Assembly: GCF_009914755.1 (NCBI RefSeq)
Contig: NC_060930.1
Origin: the human T2T-CHM13v2.0 reference genome, Homo sapiens
Direction: 5' to 3' (one strand)
Length of the DNA stretch: 64,000 bases
The notes beneath the pieces were generated by a model. It was not told the DNA's origin. It was given only the letters and a program-made list of their open reading frames with translations, and made no database searches. Of the stretch, positions 26,543-43,518 are shown piece by piece. Every line of letters begins with the position of its first letter. Within the stretch, counting starts at the first letter, position 1. Made by a program: the position numbers and the translations under genes.

Positions 26543-26971
26543 GAGACAGTTGTTTTTAAGCCAGAATGAGGTCATTGTATATACTGTTTGGTAACCTGCT
26601 TTTTGCAGTCAAATCTCTACCCTTTTATGTCAATTAAAATTCATCTCATCTAATCCCAAATCTCATACTCAGTATTTTCCAAGAAGACCCAAAAATGTCC
26701 TTTTGCTGTTTTTCCCTAACAAATATCCAATTCAGGATCATGCCAGGTACCTCTGGTTGTTGTGTTCCTTAAATCTCTTAATTTAACACAATACATCTCC
26801 CTCCTACTTCCCCCCATTAAATCACATTGACTTGACTTTTCCCCTCAGTGATTTTAAAATTACAAACCCGGAAAAATATAGTAAACACTTATATACACTT
26901 GACCTATTCGCCATTTATGGAAAGCCACATCATCCGCCCCACCACCCACTAAGCTATTTGGAAGTTACTTG

Positions 26972-27257
26972 CAGACAATCCTTTTGTGTTTCTGCTGGAT
27001 TTTCGTCCTTCTGTGACATTGACATTTCAGGCCAGGCTAGTTGTTTTGCAGAATGCCCTTCGCTGTGGATTTGTCTGGTTGTGTCGTTGTGATTAGATAC
27101 CATTAAACCTTTTGGTCAGGAATGCCACGTAGATGAATTCTTGTCCTTCTCAGTGCTTCACACCAGGAAGCGCGATGGCATCTGTCCCATTATTGAGGAT
27201 GTTAAATGTGATCACTTGGTTAAGGTGGTGCCTGTCAGATTTCTCCATTGCCAAGGT
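26972..27257. repeat. Copy 2 of the L1M-derived block (see 21318-21601), within a longer degraded antisense L1M region (~26400-28000)
   Basis: Colinear similarity to 21318-21601. Confidence 0.82.
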
Positions 27258-28329
27258 TATTTTTTTGAAATTAAGTAATGTGTATGTTGGTATTCTGAAT
27301 GTACGTTTCCTGACAGCCTTTTACCCGATGGTTTTAGCAGTTTATGATACTTGACTGAATGAGTTATTACAATGGTGTCTGTAAATTGTGATTTTCTAAA
27401 TCTAAAATTCTAACAATAATGACTTTGAGGATCAAAGTGGAAGTTATATCTATATTTATTGACATTTCTTTTTTCCTTAAAGAAGCGCTCCCTTCTCCTC
27501 ATTTACCTTTTTTAGTATCACTCTCGATTCATGGATTCTTTTTTTATTCAATGTGTTGTAACCCATCAATGTCATTATTCTCTTTCTTTTTCTTTTTCAC
27601 GTCAGACGAGTAATGTGCCATCGTGGTGACAATGCACACATTGCACATGAACACCCAATCGTCACTCTCATAAAATACAAAGGATCCATTATTCTTTTCT
27701 ATGCTTCAAAGTTTGGGCATTGGGAGCCCCTTCAAGCCAGTTCTTGTGTCCTTTTGACACCTCCATCAGCTTTTGAGCATCTCCTTTCTGTTACAACAAA
27801 ATATTCTTCATACGTCCTCTGACCCAGCCTGGAATTTCTCCAAAGAGCTCTGGTCCCTTTTGGGGACCTGTTGAGGTCGGACTTAGTTACCACATAGAAT
27901 GTCCCCTTCTTTAGATTTGTGTAGATACTTGTTTGTTCTTTAGCTTGTTCCTCAAACCCTATATTTCCTGTTAAGTGGGAAGTTACATCTAAAACTTGAT
28001 GGATTCTTGTTTAAAATATGGGTGTGATGTGGGATTCCATCTTACATTGCAACAGAAGATGCACTACCTCGTTGACTCACTCTTAGAGGTGCCGTGACTA
28101 CTTATGTGGAACTAATTTTTTGATAGTTAAGTTTGTCAACTTTCCCTTTAACAAGCAACAGAAAGAGCAGATAATTCTCTTTGAACCTGAATTTTTGAAG
28201 GTCATTGGAAAGAAGTAGACATTAATCTATTAAGATTTGCAAATCTCTGTAAGATCTCACTTTATCCTTGAATTGCCTCGCATTAAAGAAAGTATTAATT
28301 GGTCATATTTTTAAAATATTTAATTTTCA

Positions 28330-29237
<908 letters not shown>

Positions 29238-29283
29238 TCACCTTTTCTCTTCTCCCCACCCCCCCGCCCCTTTTTGTTAATAG

Positions 29284-32200
29284 TTGGACAGAGAGACTCT
29301 GAAGATGTGAGCGAAAGAGACTCCGATAAAGAGATGGCTACTAAGTCAGCGGTTGTTCACGACATCACAGATGATGGGCAGGAGGAGACACCCGAAATAA
29401 TCGAACAGATTCCTTCTTCAGAAAGCAATTTAGAAGAGCTAACACAACCCACTGAGTCCCAGGCTAATGATATTGGATTTAAGAAGGTGTTTAAGTTTGT
29501 TGGCTTTAAATTCACTGTGAAAAAGGATAAGACAGAGAAGCCTGACACTGTCCAGCTACTCACTGTGAAGAAAGATGAAGGGGAGGGAGCAGCAGGGGCT
29601 GGCGACCACCAGGACCCCAGCCTTGGGGCTGGAGAAGCAGCATCCAAAGAAAGCGAACCCAAACAATCTACAGAGAAACCCGAAGAGACCCTGAAGCGTG
29701 AGCAAAGCCACGCAGAAATTTCTCCCCCAGCCGAATCTGGCCAAGCAGTGGAGGAATGCAAAGAGGAAGGAGAAGAGAAACAAGAAAAAGAACCTAGCAA
29801 GTCTGCAGAATCTCCGACTAGTCCCGTGACCAGTGAAACAGGATCAACCTTCAAAAAATTCTTCACTCAAGGTTGGGCCGGCTGGCGCAAAAAGACCAGT
29901 TTCAGGAAGCCGAAGGAGGATGAAGTGGAAGCTTCAGAGAAGAAAAAGGAACAAGAGCCAGAAAAAGTAGACACAGAAGAAGACGGAAAGGCAGAGGTTG
30001 CCTCCGAGAAACTGACCGCCTCCGAGCAAGCCCACCCACAGGAGCCGGCAGAAAGTGCCCACGAGCCCCGGTTATCAGCTGAATATGAGAAAGTTGAGCT
30101 GCCCTCAGAGGAGCAAGTCAGTGGCTCACAGGGACCTTCTGAAGAGAAACCTGCTCCGTTGGCGACAGAAGTGTTTGATGAGAAAATAGAAGTCCACCAA
30201 GAAGAGGTTGTGGCCGAAGTCCACGTCAGCACCGTGGAGGAGAGAACCGAAGAGCAGAAAACGGAGGTGGAAGAAACAGCAGGGTCTGTGCCAGCTGAAG
30301 AATTGGTTGAAATGGATGCAGAACCTCAGGAAGCCGAACCTGCCAAGGAGCTGGTGAAGCTCAAAGAAACGTGTGTTTCCGGAGAGGACCCTACACAGGG
30401 AGCTGACCTCAGTCCTGATGAGAAGGTGCTGTCCAAACCCCCCGAAGGCGTTGTGAGTGAGGTGGAAATGCTGTCATCACAGGAGAGAATGAAGGTGCAG
30501 GGAAGTCCACTAAAGAAGCTTTTTACCAGCACTGGCTTAAAAAAGCTTTCTGGAAAGAAACAGAAAGGGAAAAGAGGAGGAGGAGACGAGGAATCAGGGG
30601 AGCACACTCAGGTTCCAGCCGATTCTCCGGACAGCCAGGAGGAGCAAAAGGGCGAGAGCTCTGCCTCATCCCCTGAGGAGCCCGAGGAGATCACGTGTCT
30701 GGAAAAGGGCTTAGCCGAGGTGCAGCAGGATGGGGAAGCTGAAGAAGGAGCTACTTCCGATGGAGAGAAAAAAAGAGAAGGTGTCACTCCCTGGGCATCA
30801 TTCAAAAAGATGGTGACGCCCAAGAAGCGTGTTAGACGGCCTTCGGAAAGTGATAAAGAAGATGAGCTGGACAAGGTCAAGAGCGCTACCTTGTCTTCCA
30901 CCGAGAGCACAGCCTCTGAAATGCAAGAAGAAATGAAAGGGAGCGTGGAAGAGCCAAAGCCGGAAGAACCAAAGCGCAAGGTGGATACCTCAGTATCTTG
31001 GGAAGCTTTAATTTGTGTGGGATCATCCAAGAAAAGAGCAAGGAGAGGGTCCTCTTCTGATGAGGAAGGGGGACCAAAAGCAATGGGAGGAGACCACCAG
31101 AAAGCTGATGAGGCCGGAAAAGACAAAGAGACGGGGACAGACGGGATCCTTGCTGGTTCCCAAGAACATGATCCAGGGCAGGGAAGTTCCTCCCCGGAGC
31201 AAGCTGGAAGCCCTACCGAAGGGGAGGGCGTTTCCACCTGGGAGTCATTTAAAAGGTTAGTCACGCCAAGAAAAAAATCAAAGTCCAAGCTGGAAGAGAA
31301 AAGCGAAGACTCCATAGCTGGGTCTGGTGTAGAACATTCCACTCCAGACACTGAACCCGGTAAAGAAGAATCCTGGGTCTCAATCAAGAAGTTTATTCCT
31401 GGACGAAGGAAGAAAAGGCCAGATGGGAAACAAGAACAAGCCCCTGTTGAAGACGCAGGGCCAACAGGGGCCAACGAAGATGACTCTGATGTCCCGGCCG
31501 TGGTCCCTCTGTCTGAGTATGATGCTGTAGAAAGGGAGAAAATGGAGGCACAGCAAGCCCAAAAAAGCGCAGAGCAGCCCGAGCAGAAGGCAGCCACTGA
31601 GGTGTCCAAGGAGCTCAGCGAGAGTCAGGTTCATATGATGGCAGCAGCTGTCGCTGACGGGACGAGGGCAGCTACCATTATTGAAGAAAGGTCTCCTTCT
31701 TGGATATCTGCTTCAGTGACAGGACCTCTTGAACAAGTAGAAGCTGAAGCCGCACTGTTAACTGAGGAGGTATTGGAAAGAGAAGTAATTGCAGAAGAAG
31801 AACCCCCCACGGTTACTGAACCTCTGCCAGAGAACAGAGAGGCCCGGGGCGACACGGTCGTTAGTGAGGCGGAATTGACCCCCGAAGCTGTGACAGCTGC
31901 AGAAACTGCAGGGCCATTGGGTGCCGAAGAAGGAACCGAAGCATCTGCTGCTGAAGAGACCACAGAAATGGTGTCAGCAGTCTCCCAGTTAACCGACTCC
32001 CCAGACACCACAGAGGAGGCCACTCCGGTGCAGGAGGTGGAAGGTGGCGTACCTGACATAGAAGAGCAAGAGAGGCGGACTCAAGAGGTCCTCCAGGCAG
32101 TGGCAGAAAAAGTGAAAGAGGAATCCCAGCTGCCTGGCACCGGTGGGCCAGAAGATGTGCTTCAGCCTGTGCAGAGAGCAGAGGCAGAAAGACCAGAAGA

Positions 32201-34316
32201 GCAGGCTGAAGCGTCGGGTCTGAAGAAAGAGACGGATGTAGTGTTGAAAGTAGATGCTCAGGAGGCAAAAACTGAGCCTTTTACACAAGGGAAGGTGGTG
32301 GGGCAGACCACCCCAGAAAGCTTTGAAAAAGCTCCTCAAGTCACAGAGAGCATAGAGTCCAGTGAGCTTGTAACCACTTGTCAAGCCGAAACCTTAGCTG
32401 GGGTAAAATCACAGGAGATGGTGATGGAACAGGCTATCCCCCCTGACTCGGTGGAAACCCCTACAGACAGTGAGACTGATGGAAGCACCCCCGTAGCCGA
32501 CTTTGACGCACCAGGCACAACCCAGAAAGACGAGATTGTGGAAATCCATGAGGAGAATGAGGTCGCATCTGGTACCCAGTCAGGGGGCACAGAAGCAGAG
32601 GCAGTTCCTGCACAGAAAGAGAGGCCTCCAGCACCTTCCAGTTTTGTGTTCCAGGAAGAAACTAAAGAACAATCAAAGATGGAAGACACTCTAGAGCATA
32701 CAGATAAAGAGGTGTCAGTGGAAACTGTATCCATTCTGTCAAAGACTGAGGGGACTCAAGAGGCTGACCAGTATGCTGATGAGAAAACCAAAGACGTACC
32801 ATTTTTCGAAGGACTTGAGGGGTCTATAGACACAGGCATAACAGTCAGTCGGGAAAAGGTCACTGAAGTTGCCCTTAAAGGTGAAGGGACAGAAGAAGCT
32901 GAATGTAAAAAGGATGATGCTCTTGAACTGCAGAGTCACGCTAAGTCTCCTCCATCCCCCGTGGAGAGAGAGATGGTAGTTCAAGTCGAAAGGGAGAAAA
33001 CAGAAGCAGAGCCAACCCATGTGAATAAAGAGAAGCTTGAGCACGAAACAGCTGTTACCGTATCTGAAGAGGTCAGTAAGCAGCTCCTCCAGACAGTGAA
33101 TGTGCCCATCATAGATGGGGCAAAGGAAGTCAGCAGTTTGGAAGGAAGCCCTCCTCCCTGCCTAGGTCAAGAGGAGGCAGTATGCACCAAAATTCAAGTT
33201 CAGAGCTCTGAGGCATCATTCACTCTAACAGCGGCTGCAGAGGAGGAAAAGGTCTTAGGAGAAACTGCCAACATTTTAGAAACAGGTGAAACGTTGGAGC
33301 CTGCAGGTGCACATTTAGTTCTGGAAGAGAAATCCTCTGAAAAAAATGAAGACTTTGCCGCTCATCCAGGGGAAGATGCTGTGCCCACAGGGCCCGACTG
33401 TCAGGCAAAATCGACACCAGTGATAGTATCTGCTACTACCAAGAAAGGCTTAAGTTCCGACCTGGAAGGAGAGAAAACCACATCACTGAAGTGGAAGTCA
33501 GATGAAGTCGATGAGCAGGTTGCTTGCCAGGAGGTCAAAGTGAGTGTAGCAATTGAGGAGGATTTAGAGCCTGAAAATGGGATTTTGGAACTTGAGACCA
33601 AAAGCAGTAAACTTGTCCAAAACATCATCCAGACAGCCGTTGACCAGTTTGTACGTACAGAAGAAACAGCCACCGAAATGTTGACGTCTGAGTTACAGAC
33701 ACAAGCTCACATGATAAAAGCTGACAGCCAGGACGCTGGACAGGAAACGGAGAAAGAAGGAGAGGAACCTCAGGCCTCTGCACAGGATGAAACACCAATT
33801 ACTTCAGCCAAAGAGGAGTCAGAGTCAACCGCAGTGGGACAAGCACATTCTGATATTTCCAAAGACATGAGTGAAGCCTCAGAAAAGACCATGACTGTTG
33901 AGGTAGAAGGTTCCACTGTAAATGATCAGCAGCTGGAAGAGGTCGTCCTCCCATCTGAGGAAGAGGGAGGTGGAGCTGGAACAAAGTCTGTGCCAGAAGA
34001 TGATGGTCATGCCTTGTTAGCAGAAAGAATAGAGAAGTCACTAGTTGAACCGAAAGAAGATGAAAAAGGTGATGATGTTGATGACCCTGAAAACCAGAAC
34101 TCAGCCCTGGCTGATACTGATGCCTCAGGAGGCTTAACCAAAGAGTCCCCAGATACAAATGGACCAAAACAAAAAGAGAAGGAGGATGCCCAGGAAGTAG
34201 AATTGCAGGAAGGAAAAGTGCACAGTGAATCAGATAAAGCGATCACACCCCAAGCACAGGAGGAGTTACAGAAACAAGAGAGAGAATCTGCAAAGTCAGA
34301 ACTTACAGAATCTTAA
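29284..34316 (+). CDS. AKAP12: A-kinase anchor protein 12 (gravin/SSeCKS), giant main coding exon (exon 29284-34328)
   Basis: 1677 codons of acidic low-complexity protein starting (V)GQRDSEDVS. Polybasic segments ([31 protein letters not shown]), three WSK motifs ([45 protein letters not shown]), PKA-RII helix [20 protein letters not shown], ends AKSELTES. Acceptor polypyrimidine+TAG at 29281-29283; donor CAG|GTAAGC at 34329. Confidence 0.99.
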
Positions 34317-34695
34317 AACATCATGCAGGTAAGCTTCCTTGTCTTCTAAGATAATTTTTCTCTTTTATGCCAATAGATGGCAAATTTGTTACATAAGGAA
34401 TCGGGAGCAAATAATTAATGCCTTCGTGTAGAACCTTCAGTTGAGGAAAATAACTATCAACTAGATTCAAAGATCTAGGATAGTTTCATGGTTTTTGGTG
34501 ATTGAAATGCCATTTAGTCTTATCGATGTTATGAAAAGAACGACTTCGTTTTACCTCCTAATGTGACTGCTTTAGAATAAAATAAAACGGCATGTGTGTG
34601 TGCACATGTGCGTGTTTGACCCAAAGGCATAAGAAATACATTGTGTTCACTCAACTATCTTGTTGAGTTTTTTTAAAAATAACTAGTGCTCCAAT

Positions 34696-36177
<1,482 letters not shown>

Positions 36178-37329
36178 CCATCTTTGTTTTTTTAATGGAG
36201 TTAAACTATGGTATTATTAGGTCACTTTGACAACTATCCTGTTGTTAATAAATGAGAGAGAAAAAGGAGATTTTATTTACGCTGATTCTTCCTCCTCCTA
36301 CAGTTAAACTCATTGTCTGTTTGGAAGACCAGAATGTGAAGACAAGTAGTAGAAGAAAATGAATGCTGCTGCTGAGACTGAAGACCAGTATTTCAGAACT
36401 TTGAGAATTGGAGAGCAGGCACATCAACTGATCTCATTTCTAGAGAGCCCCTGACAATCCTGAGGCTTCATCAGGAGCTAGAGCCATTTAACATTTCCTC
36501 TTTCCAAGACCAACCTACAATTTTCCCTTGATAACCATATAAATTCTGATTTAAGGTCCTAAATTCTTAACCTGGAACTGGAGTTGGCAATACCTAGTTC
36601 TGCTTCTGAAACTGGAGTATCATTCTTTACATATTTATATGTATGTTTTAAGTAGTCCTCCTGTATCTATTGTATATTTTTTTCTTAATGTTTAAGGAAA
36701 TGTGCAGGATACTACATGCTTTTTGTATCACACAGTATATGATGGGGCATGTGCCATAGTGCAGGCTTGGGGAGCTTTAAGCCTCAGTTATATAACCCAC
36801 AAAAAACAGAGCCTCCTAGATGTAACATTCCTGATCAAGGTACAATTCTTTAAAATTCACTAATGATTGAGGTCCATATTTAGTGGTACTCTGAAATTGG
36901 TCACTTTCCTATTACACGGAGTGTGCTAAAACTAAAAAGCATTTTGAAACATACAGAATGTTCTATTGTCATTGGGAAATTTTTCTTTCTAACCCAGTGG
37001 AGGTTAGAAAGAAGTTATATTCTGGTAGCAAATTAACTTTACATCCTTTTTCCTACTTGTTATGGTTGTTTGGACCGATAAGTGTGCTTAATCCTGAGGC
37101 AAAGTAGTGAATATGTTTTATATGTTATGAAGAAAAGAATTGTTGTAAGTTTTTGATTCTACTCTTATATGCTGGACTGCATTCACACATGGCATGAAAT
37201 AAGTCAGGTTCTTTACAAATGGTATTTTGATAGATACTGGATTGTGTTTGTGCCATATTTGTGCCATTCTTTTAAGAACAATGTTGCAACACATTCATTT
37301 GGATAAGTTGTGATTTGACGACTGATTTA

Positions 37330-37335
37330 AATAAA
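37330..37335 (+). terminator. AKAP12: Proximal poly(A) signal AATAAA (AKAP12)
   Basis: Canonical hexamer with downstream U/GU-rich sequence. Confidence 0.55.
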
Positions 37336-37752
37336 ATATTTGCTTCACTTAGATTTGCTGGTTTTATTAGATACCAGGAAGCCTGGGACATATGTGTACC
37401 ACATTAGAATTCTAAAGATAATGATTGATAAGCTAGAACTTTCTGATGTAGTCATTACATGAAACCCCTTGTCACTGGTTTGTGTGTTCAGAGGAAGCCA
37501 TGGCCGAGATAGCTTTCCTGAAATAAACCAGTAGCTTTTCAGATTGACGTTCTTGCTACAATTGTACCATCTGGTAATTCCTGAAAATGTCAATTTTTTT
37601 GTGTTAATATTTTTGGTTTCAAACAATAACAAATGTCTCTAGAAAGAAATTTTAAGAAAGCTTAATTAATAGTAAAAATGCCTTTCCTGAAATAATCTTG
37701 GAAAATTTTTTAAATGTCAAAATGATGAGTCATGCTAATACATTGAGGGTTT

Positions 37753-37925
<173 letters not shown>

Positions 37926-39090
37926 TAGTGTCACTTATCTACTCTTGACACACAGAACTGGCCTGGCATATAGCTTTCCAGATTTTACTCAAACTTGGTA
38001 CTCCAGTTTGAAAATTTAAATTTTGACTGCTGATTAGCTGGAAAGCCTAGTTTTAATGGAAAGAAAGTTTGCTTTTAAAACTGAAAGTAGTTTCTTTTTG
38101 CTAACAAATCTAACTTCATACATAATTGGCCATATTAGTAAAACACCTCATGATAGCAGTGTATATATAGTCTTGTTTGTAGTTGGAAGTCATCTTTTAG
38201 GAGTTATTCTCAAATATATATAATAGCTACCCATGCATCATTATTAAAATCCCCAAATTCAAAAAACCTCTGATATATATATATAATTTTTTTTTTTTTT
38301 TTTTTTGGCCAACTGAGATTGAAATCCAAGTGCTGGTTTCTAGTTCTGAACATCAACTAAAGAGTTTTGGAAATGACAGCAATTTATAACAAGTTCATAT
38401 TGACTTCCTCTCTATGGCAGGAAGACATTCTGTGCTGTTTTGAACAGATTAAAGATTTGTGTAGTTTGTGGGAAATTGACGTTTTTGTTTAAATTCCACC
38501 CGCGTTTGTCTTTTCCTACCACCTGTGGCCAGGTGCTCGCTGGCCATCACAGTTGCGATTCCATGAGTAGCTGCTTTATGACTGCTTTTTGTACTATCTG
38601 GATGTGCCCAGAGTTACTTCTGTACAAGCTCTGTATCTATGTCCGTTGAGAACATTATTTTAACAAGAAGAACACCAACAGTAGCATGAAATATAATACT
38701 GTTTTATAATTCTAAAGCTGCTGTTAATTTATGAAGTACATAATAATCTAATGTAAACTGCAGAAGTCAGAGCAAGTGCCTACATTTTGTTATTTTTGGC
38801 ATTACTACAGAGCCATGTACAATAGAAAGCAATGCAAGACTTGTAAACTCTCACCACTTCTTGTAATATCAAATGTTCCCCCTCAGGTTATTTTGCTTAT
38901 GGTACCCATGAGTTGCCTCTCTCTGTACATAGATAAATTGTTCCAATATTTTCCTTTGATGTTTGGAACTACAGATAGTCAAGGGCTGGAAATTTTAGTT
39001 TTCAATATAAGCTTCCAGCTTAGCAATTACCTCTAGTCCAAGACAATATTTGATTCCTAGTTCTGTTTGGGGCAAATTTTCATTTATCTA

Positions 39091-39096
39091 AATAAA
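39091..39096 (+). terminator. AKAP12: Distal poly(A) signal AATAAA (AKAP12)
   Basis: Canonical hexamer, upstream TGTA elements, U/GU-rich downstream (ttttctttctgt, ttgtctgttgtg). Confidence 0.7.
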
Positions 39097-40029
39097 ATGC
39101 AATCTAATTAAATGCCATGGATTTTCTTTCTGTAATTTCACTGTGATTCAGTTTCCATTGCTTTTCTCTTGTCTGTTGTGATATTCGTCATACATTTAAG
39201 CTCTGCTTTTAACTACTTAGCACCCTTTGTTCATAGAGCATCATGAGAGTTTGGAATGAATGTATCTAGGATAGGCGTGAGTCCACAAAGATCTCTATTC
39301 ATGATCATAACCTTTTTGGGTCCTGGGCTCCTTTAATTAGAATCTCATTAAGCTTCTAGCTGACCTCGGACTCCCCAATATAAAGTTTTATGTACAGTTT
39401 TTGGATAGTCACACAAACCTTCTCTGAAATGCCAACCAATAACCAGAACCAGAGTTAGAACCTCTTTCTCCAACCCTGTAAGAAAGGAAATGGACGCAGT
39501 CCAAGGATTCCCAGATAGTAGCAGAGCTCGGAACCGGAACACAAAATCAGTGTCACATAAATTCAAATCTACATGACTATTTCTTTTAAACATTTATTTG
39601 TATTTTGATTTCATATTTTGTAGAGATGGGGTCTGGCTCTGTCACACAGGCCGGAAGGCAGTGATGCCATCAGAGCTCAGTGTAACCTTGAACCCCTGGA
39701 CTCAAGGGATCCTCCCATCTCCTGAGTAGCTGGGACTACAGGCATGTGCCACCATGAGATGGGGTCTTGCCATGTTGCCCAGGCTGGTCTCAAACTCCTG
39801 GGCTAAAACAATTCTGTCTCGGCCCCCCAAAGTGTATTCTATTTTTTTTTGTTTTGAAATCCTAGTCAAGAATAGAGAATTATATACATCCATGTTTAAT
39901 AGAGATGGGGTTTTGGTATGTTGCTTGGGCTGGTCTCAAAATCCTGGACTCAAGCAATCCACCCACCTCAGCCTCCCAGAGTGCTCAGATAACAGGCATG
40001 CGCCACCACACCTGGCCCTATTCTTTTTT

Positions 40030-40325
40030 AAATGAAAGTCATACAAATTTTATTAATGTGTACCTGGGAGCCTTCAGAATGAAGACCCAAAAATGCAGGG
40101 GAAATTGTCCATTTTAATGTAGGTTCAACAAAGTATGGACGTGGAGAAATATGACTGGACAAAAGGGATATGATCTAATGCTAACAGACTGAGTGGGGAA
40201 ACACAGCAAGGCCTGTCTGTCTAGATTCTTCTTGGTCTCTCTGAGCACGCATTCCTTCCTTCCGGGCATGGGGCATGGGGCAGGACGCTCTCTGGAATCA
40301 GAGACTTGTGACTTCAGTTAAACAA
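40030..40325. mobile_element. ERV1-class LTR fragment (MER31-like)
   Basis: Recognised by eye (gggagccttcagaatgaagaccc, aggcctgtctgtctagattcttcttgg). Family call tentative. Confidence 0.5.
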
Positions 40326-40618
40326 CATGACCATTTTTTTCTTTTTCTTTTTCTTTTTTTTTTTGAGACAGAGTCTCACTCCATCACCCAGGCTAGAGTG
40401 CAGTAGTGCAATTGAGGCTCACTGCAACCTCCGCCTCCCAGGTTCAAGCAATTCTCATGCCTCAGCCTCCTGAGTAGCTGGGATTGTAGGTGCCCACCAC
40501 TATGCCCAGCTAATTTTTGCATTTTTAGTAGAGACGGAGTTTTTCCATGTTAGCCAAGCTAGTCTTGAACTGGCATCAACTGATCACCCGCCACAGCCTC
40601 CCAAAGTGCTGGAATTAG

Positions 40619-40891
<273 letters not shown>

Positions 40892-42062
40892 TGATCCACC
40901 CGCCTTGGCCTCCCAGAGTGCTGGGATTACAGGCGTGAGCCACCGTGCCTGGCCGACTATTCATTTCTAATGAGATTCTGGAAATGGATCTGCTGGTCAC
41001 AGACAACCTGGTATAACTTTGATACAAATGCGAGCTTCTCCTAACAGATTGCTTATTGTCTCCAACCTATATAATTGGAATTAGGAAAACAAGCTGAGCC
41101 CTTCTTTTAATATGAGAAAGCTGAGACTTTGAAGTGATAACACAGGTTGGGCTAAGCTAACCAGGATCTGAAGATAGCATGGTGGTGAAAATCATCATGA
41201 TTTATTTATTTGAGAAAGGGTCTCACTCTATCACCCAGGCTGGAGTGCAGTCATGCAATCGTGGCTCACTGCAGCCTCAACCTCCTTGGCTCAAGCAATC
41301 CTCCCACCTCAGCCTCTACAACACCCACAGGTGTGCCCCACCATGCCCAGATAATTTTTTATATTTTGTAAAGACGGGGTCTCCCTATGTTGCTTAGGCT
41401 AGTGGTCTCCAACTCCTGGACTCTAGCCATCCTCCTGCCTTAGGCTCCCAAAGTGTTGGGATTACAGGTGTGAGACATCTTTACTGTAGTATTCTACAGT
41501 TATGAGTGAGGTCTTCTTGCAACTGTGCATATTCTTCTTCTATCACCTGTCGACATTAAAAGTTTTAACAGGAGAAGGGTAGTTTAACATGTAACCTTCA
41601 AGAGAGGCTTCACTGAGTATAACACCTATGTTTAGAGACCAGAGGTAGAATAACAATACCTAAATGATGAAATGAGGACCTAAGTCTAATGTGCCCACAA
41701 AAGAATATTGAGTACTAAAGCCCAGTGCTTAGTCTTAACCCTGTGTTTTTTTATTTGTTTTAATAATCTCAAATAACTAGGTATAATTAATGAACAAAGA
41801 GGCAATACTCTAAATAAGGCTAATTTTAAAACCACATTGTGCTTGATTCTACTTATCCCTGTGACCCTCAGGGGCTTACCTAATTCTTGGAAAAGTAGAT
41901 GGAATTGCCTCTAGAATCTGAAATCTAAACATAACTAGGGTCCTTCTTAAAGACTATAGAAATAATACTGCAGAGATGGCCAGGGGGCCATTTCAAGATA
42001 TGAGATTTATCCTACAAAGTCATTGAAATAGTTTGGCAGGGAAAAGATGCAATCCTCTTACC

Positions 42063-42272
42063 GTAGTGATCCGCAGTGTTGGGCTAGTGAAAGGTCCCAC
42101 TCTCCACCCTGGTTTGTGCTGCCACGTGTCTGGTTACCACAACGGCTAGGATGTTACGGTATGTAATGAGTTACGGCCACAGATGTTTGACATCCTGCAT
42201 GGCACAGAAAAACCCTGCATAAGACAGATGTTTCTACCTAAAATGTCAGTGGCATCTATCTTGCAGAGAATT
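42063..42272. mobile_element. Degraded MER20-like hAT-Charlie DNA element
   Basis: Motifs tggttaccacaac...gatgtt-gacatcctgcatggcacag...aaatgtcagtgg resemble MER20. Confidence 0.45.
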
Positions 42273-43095
42273 GAGGCCTGGAGGTTGAGAGGAGGTCAGT
42301 TTACATGCTGTTAGAATAATCCAGGCAAGCTGGGTGTGGTGGGATGCAGCTGTAGTCCCAGGTAGGAGGCTGAGGTGGGAGGATCGCTTGAGCCTAGGAG
42401 TTCAAGATCAGCCTAACCAACACAGGGAGACTCCTGTCTCTTAAAAAAAAATAAAAAATACAATTAATAAAAGTTTAAAAAAAGAGAATAATCCAGACAA
42501 GAACTGATAATGGCCTATATTAAAGTAGGTGCAGTTTGGCTGGAGATCCGTGGGTGAGATCAAGAGCTGTTAGGAGGCAGATCGACAGGGCAAGGTACCT
42601 GATTATCTTCTGTGGGAACTGTGGGGTGAAGAATGAAGTTTCTAGATTGCCAACCTGGATGTGGAGGCACATACTGACATGAGCGTGGAGGCAATTTGAG
42701 AAACCTAAGAGATATCCAAGAGTCAGTGGAGTTGGCAGCTCAGTATATGGGTCTCACAAACAATTCGGGACAGAGAGACAACTCTTTTGCCTCCTCTGTG
42801 TCCTTAGAAACACATAGAAGACAATCTACAAGATGCTTGCATCGCTTCTTAATAGCTCATGTGCAAACTTCAGCTTGGTGACTGAGAAAGAGTTCACCTG
42901 CCCTGTCTCAGCCATTCCTCATTTCAGAATGTGTAACTAAAGACTGTTCTTCACAAGATTTTCCCATTGTGAAAGTGCTTTATAAACGAGGAAGCAAATG
43001 TACCGTAAAGCATTAATATCGGTAACTGCAAGAGAAAGACAGATTTTGATAAAACTTTCCTCCAGAAGCAACTTAGTGACTGCTGATGACTGCTA

Positions 43096-43518
<423 letters not shown>

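Noticed and set aside
29357-34246. Long Ser/Phe-rich antisense ORFs (up to 333 aa) opposite AKAP12
   Set aside because: Shadow of the Glu-rich sense codon bias, which leaves few antisense stops. No promoter or splice support
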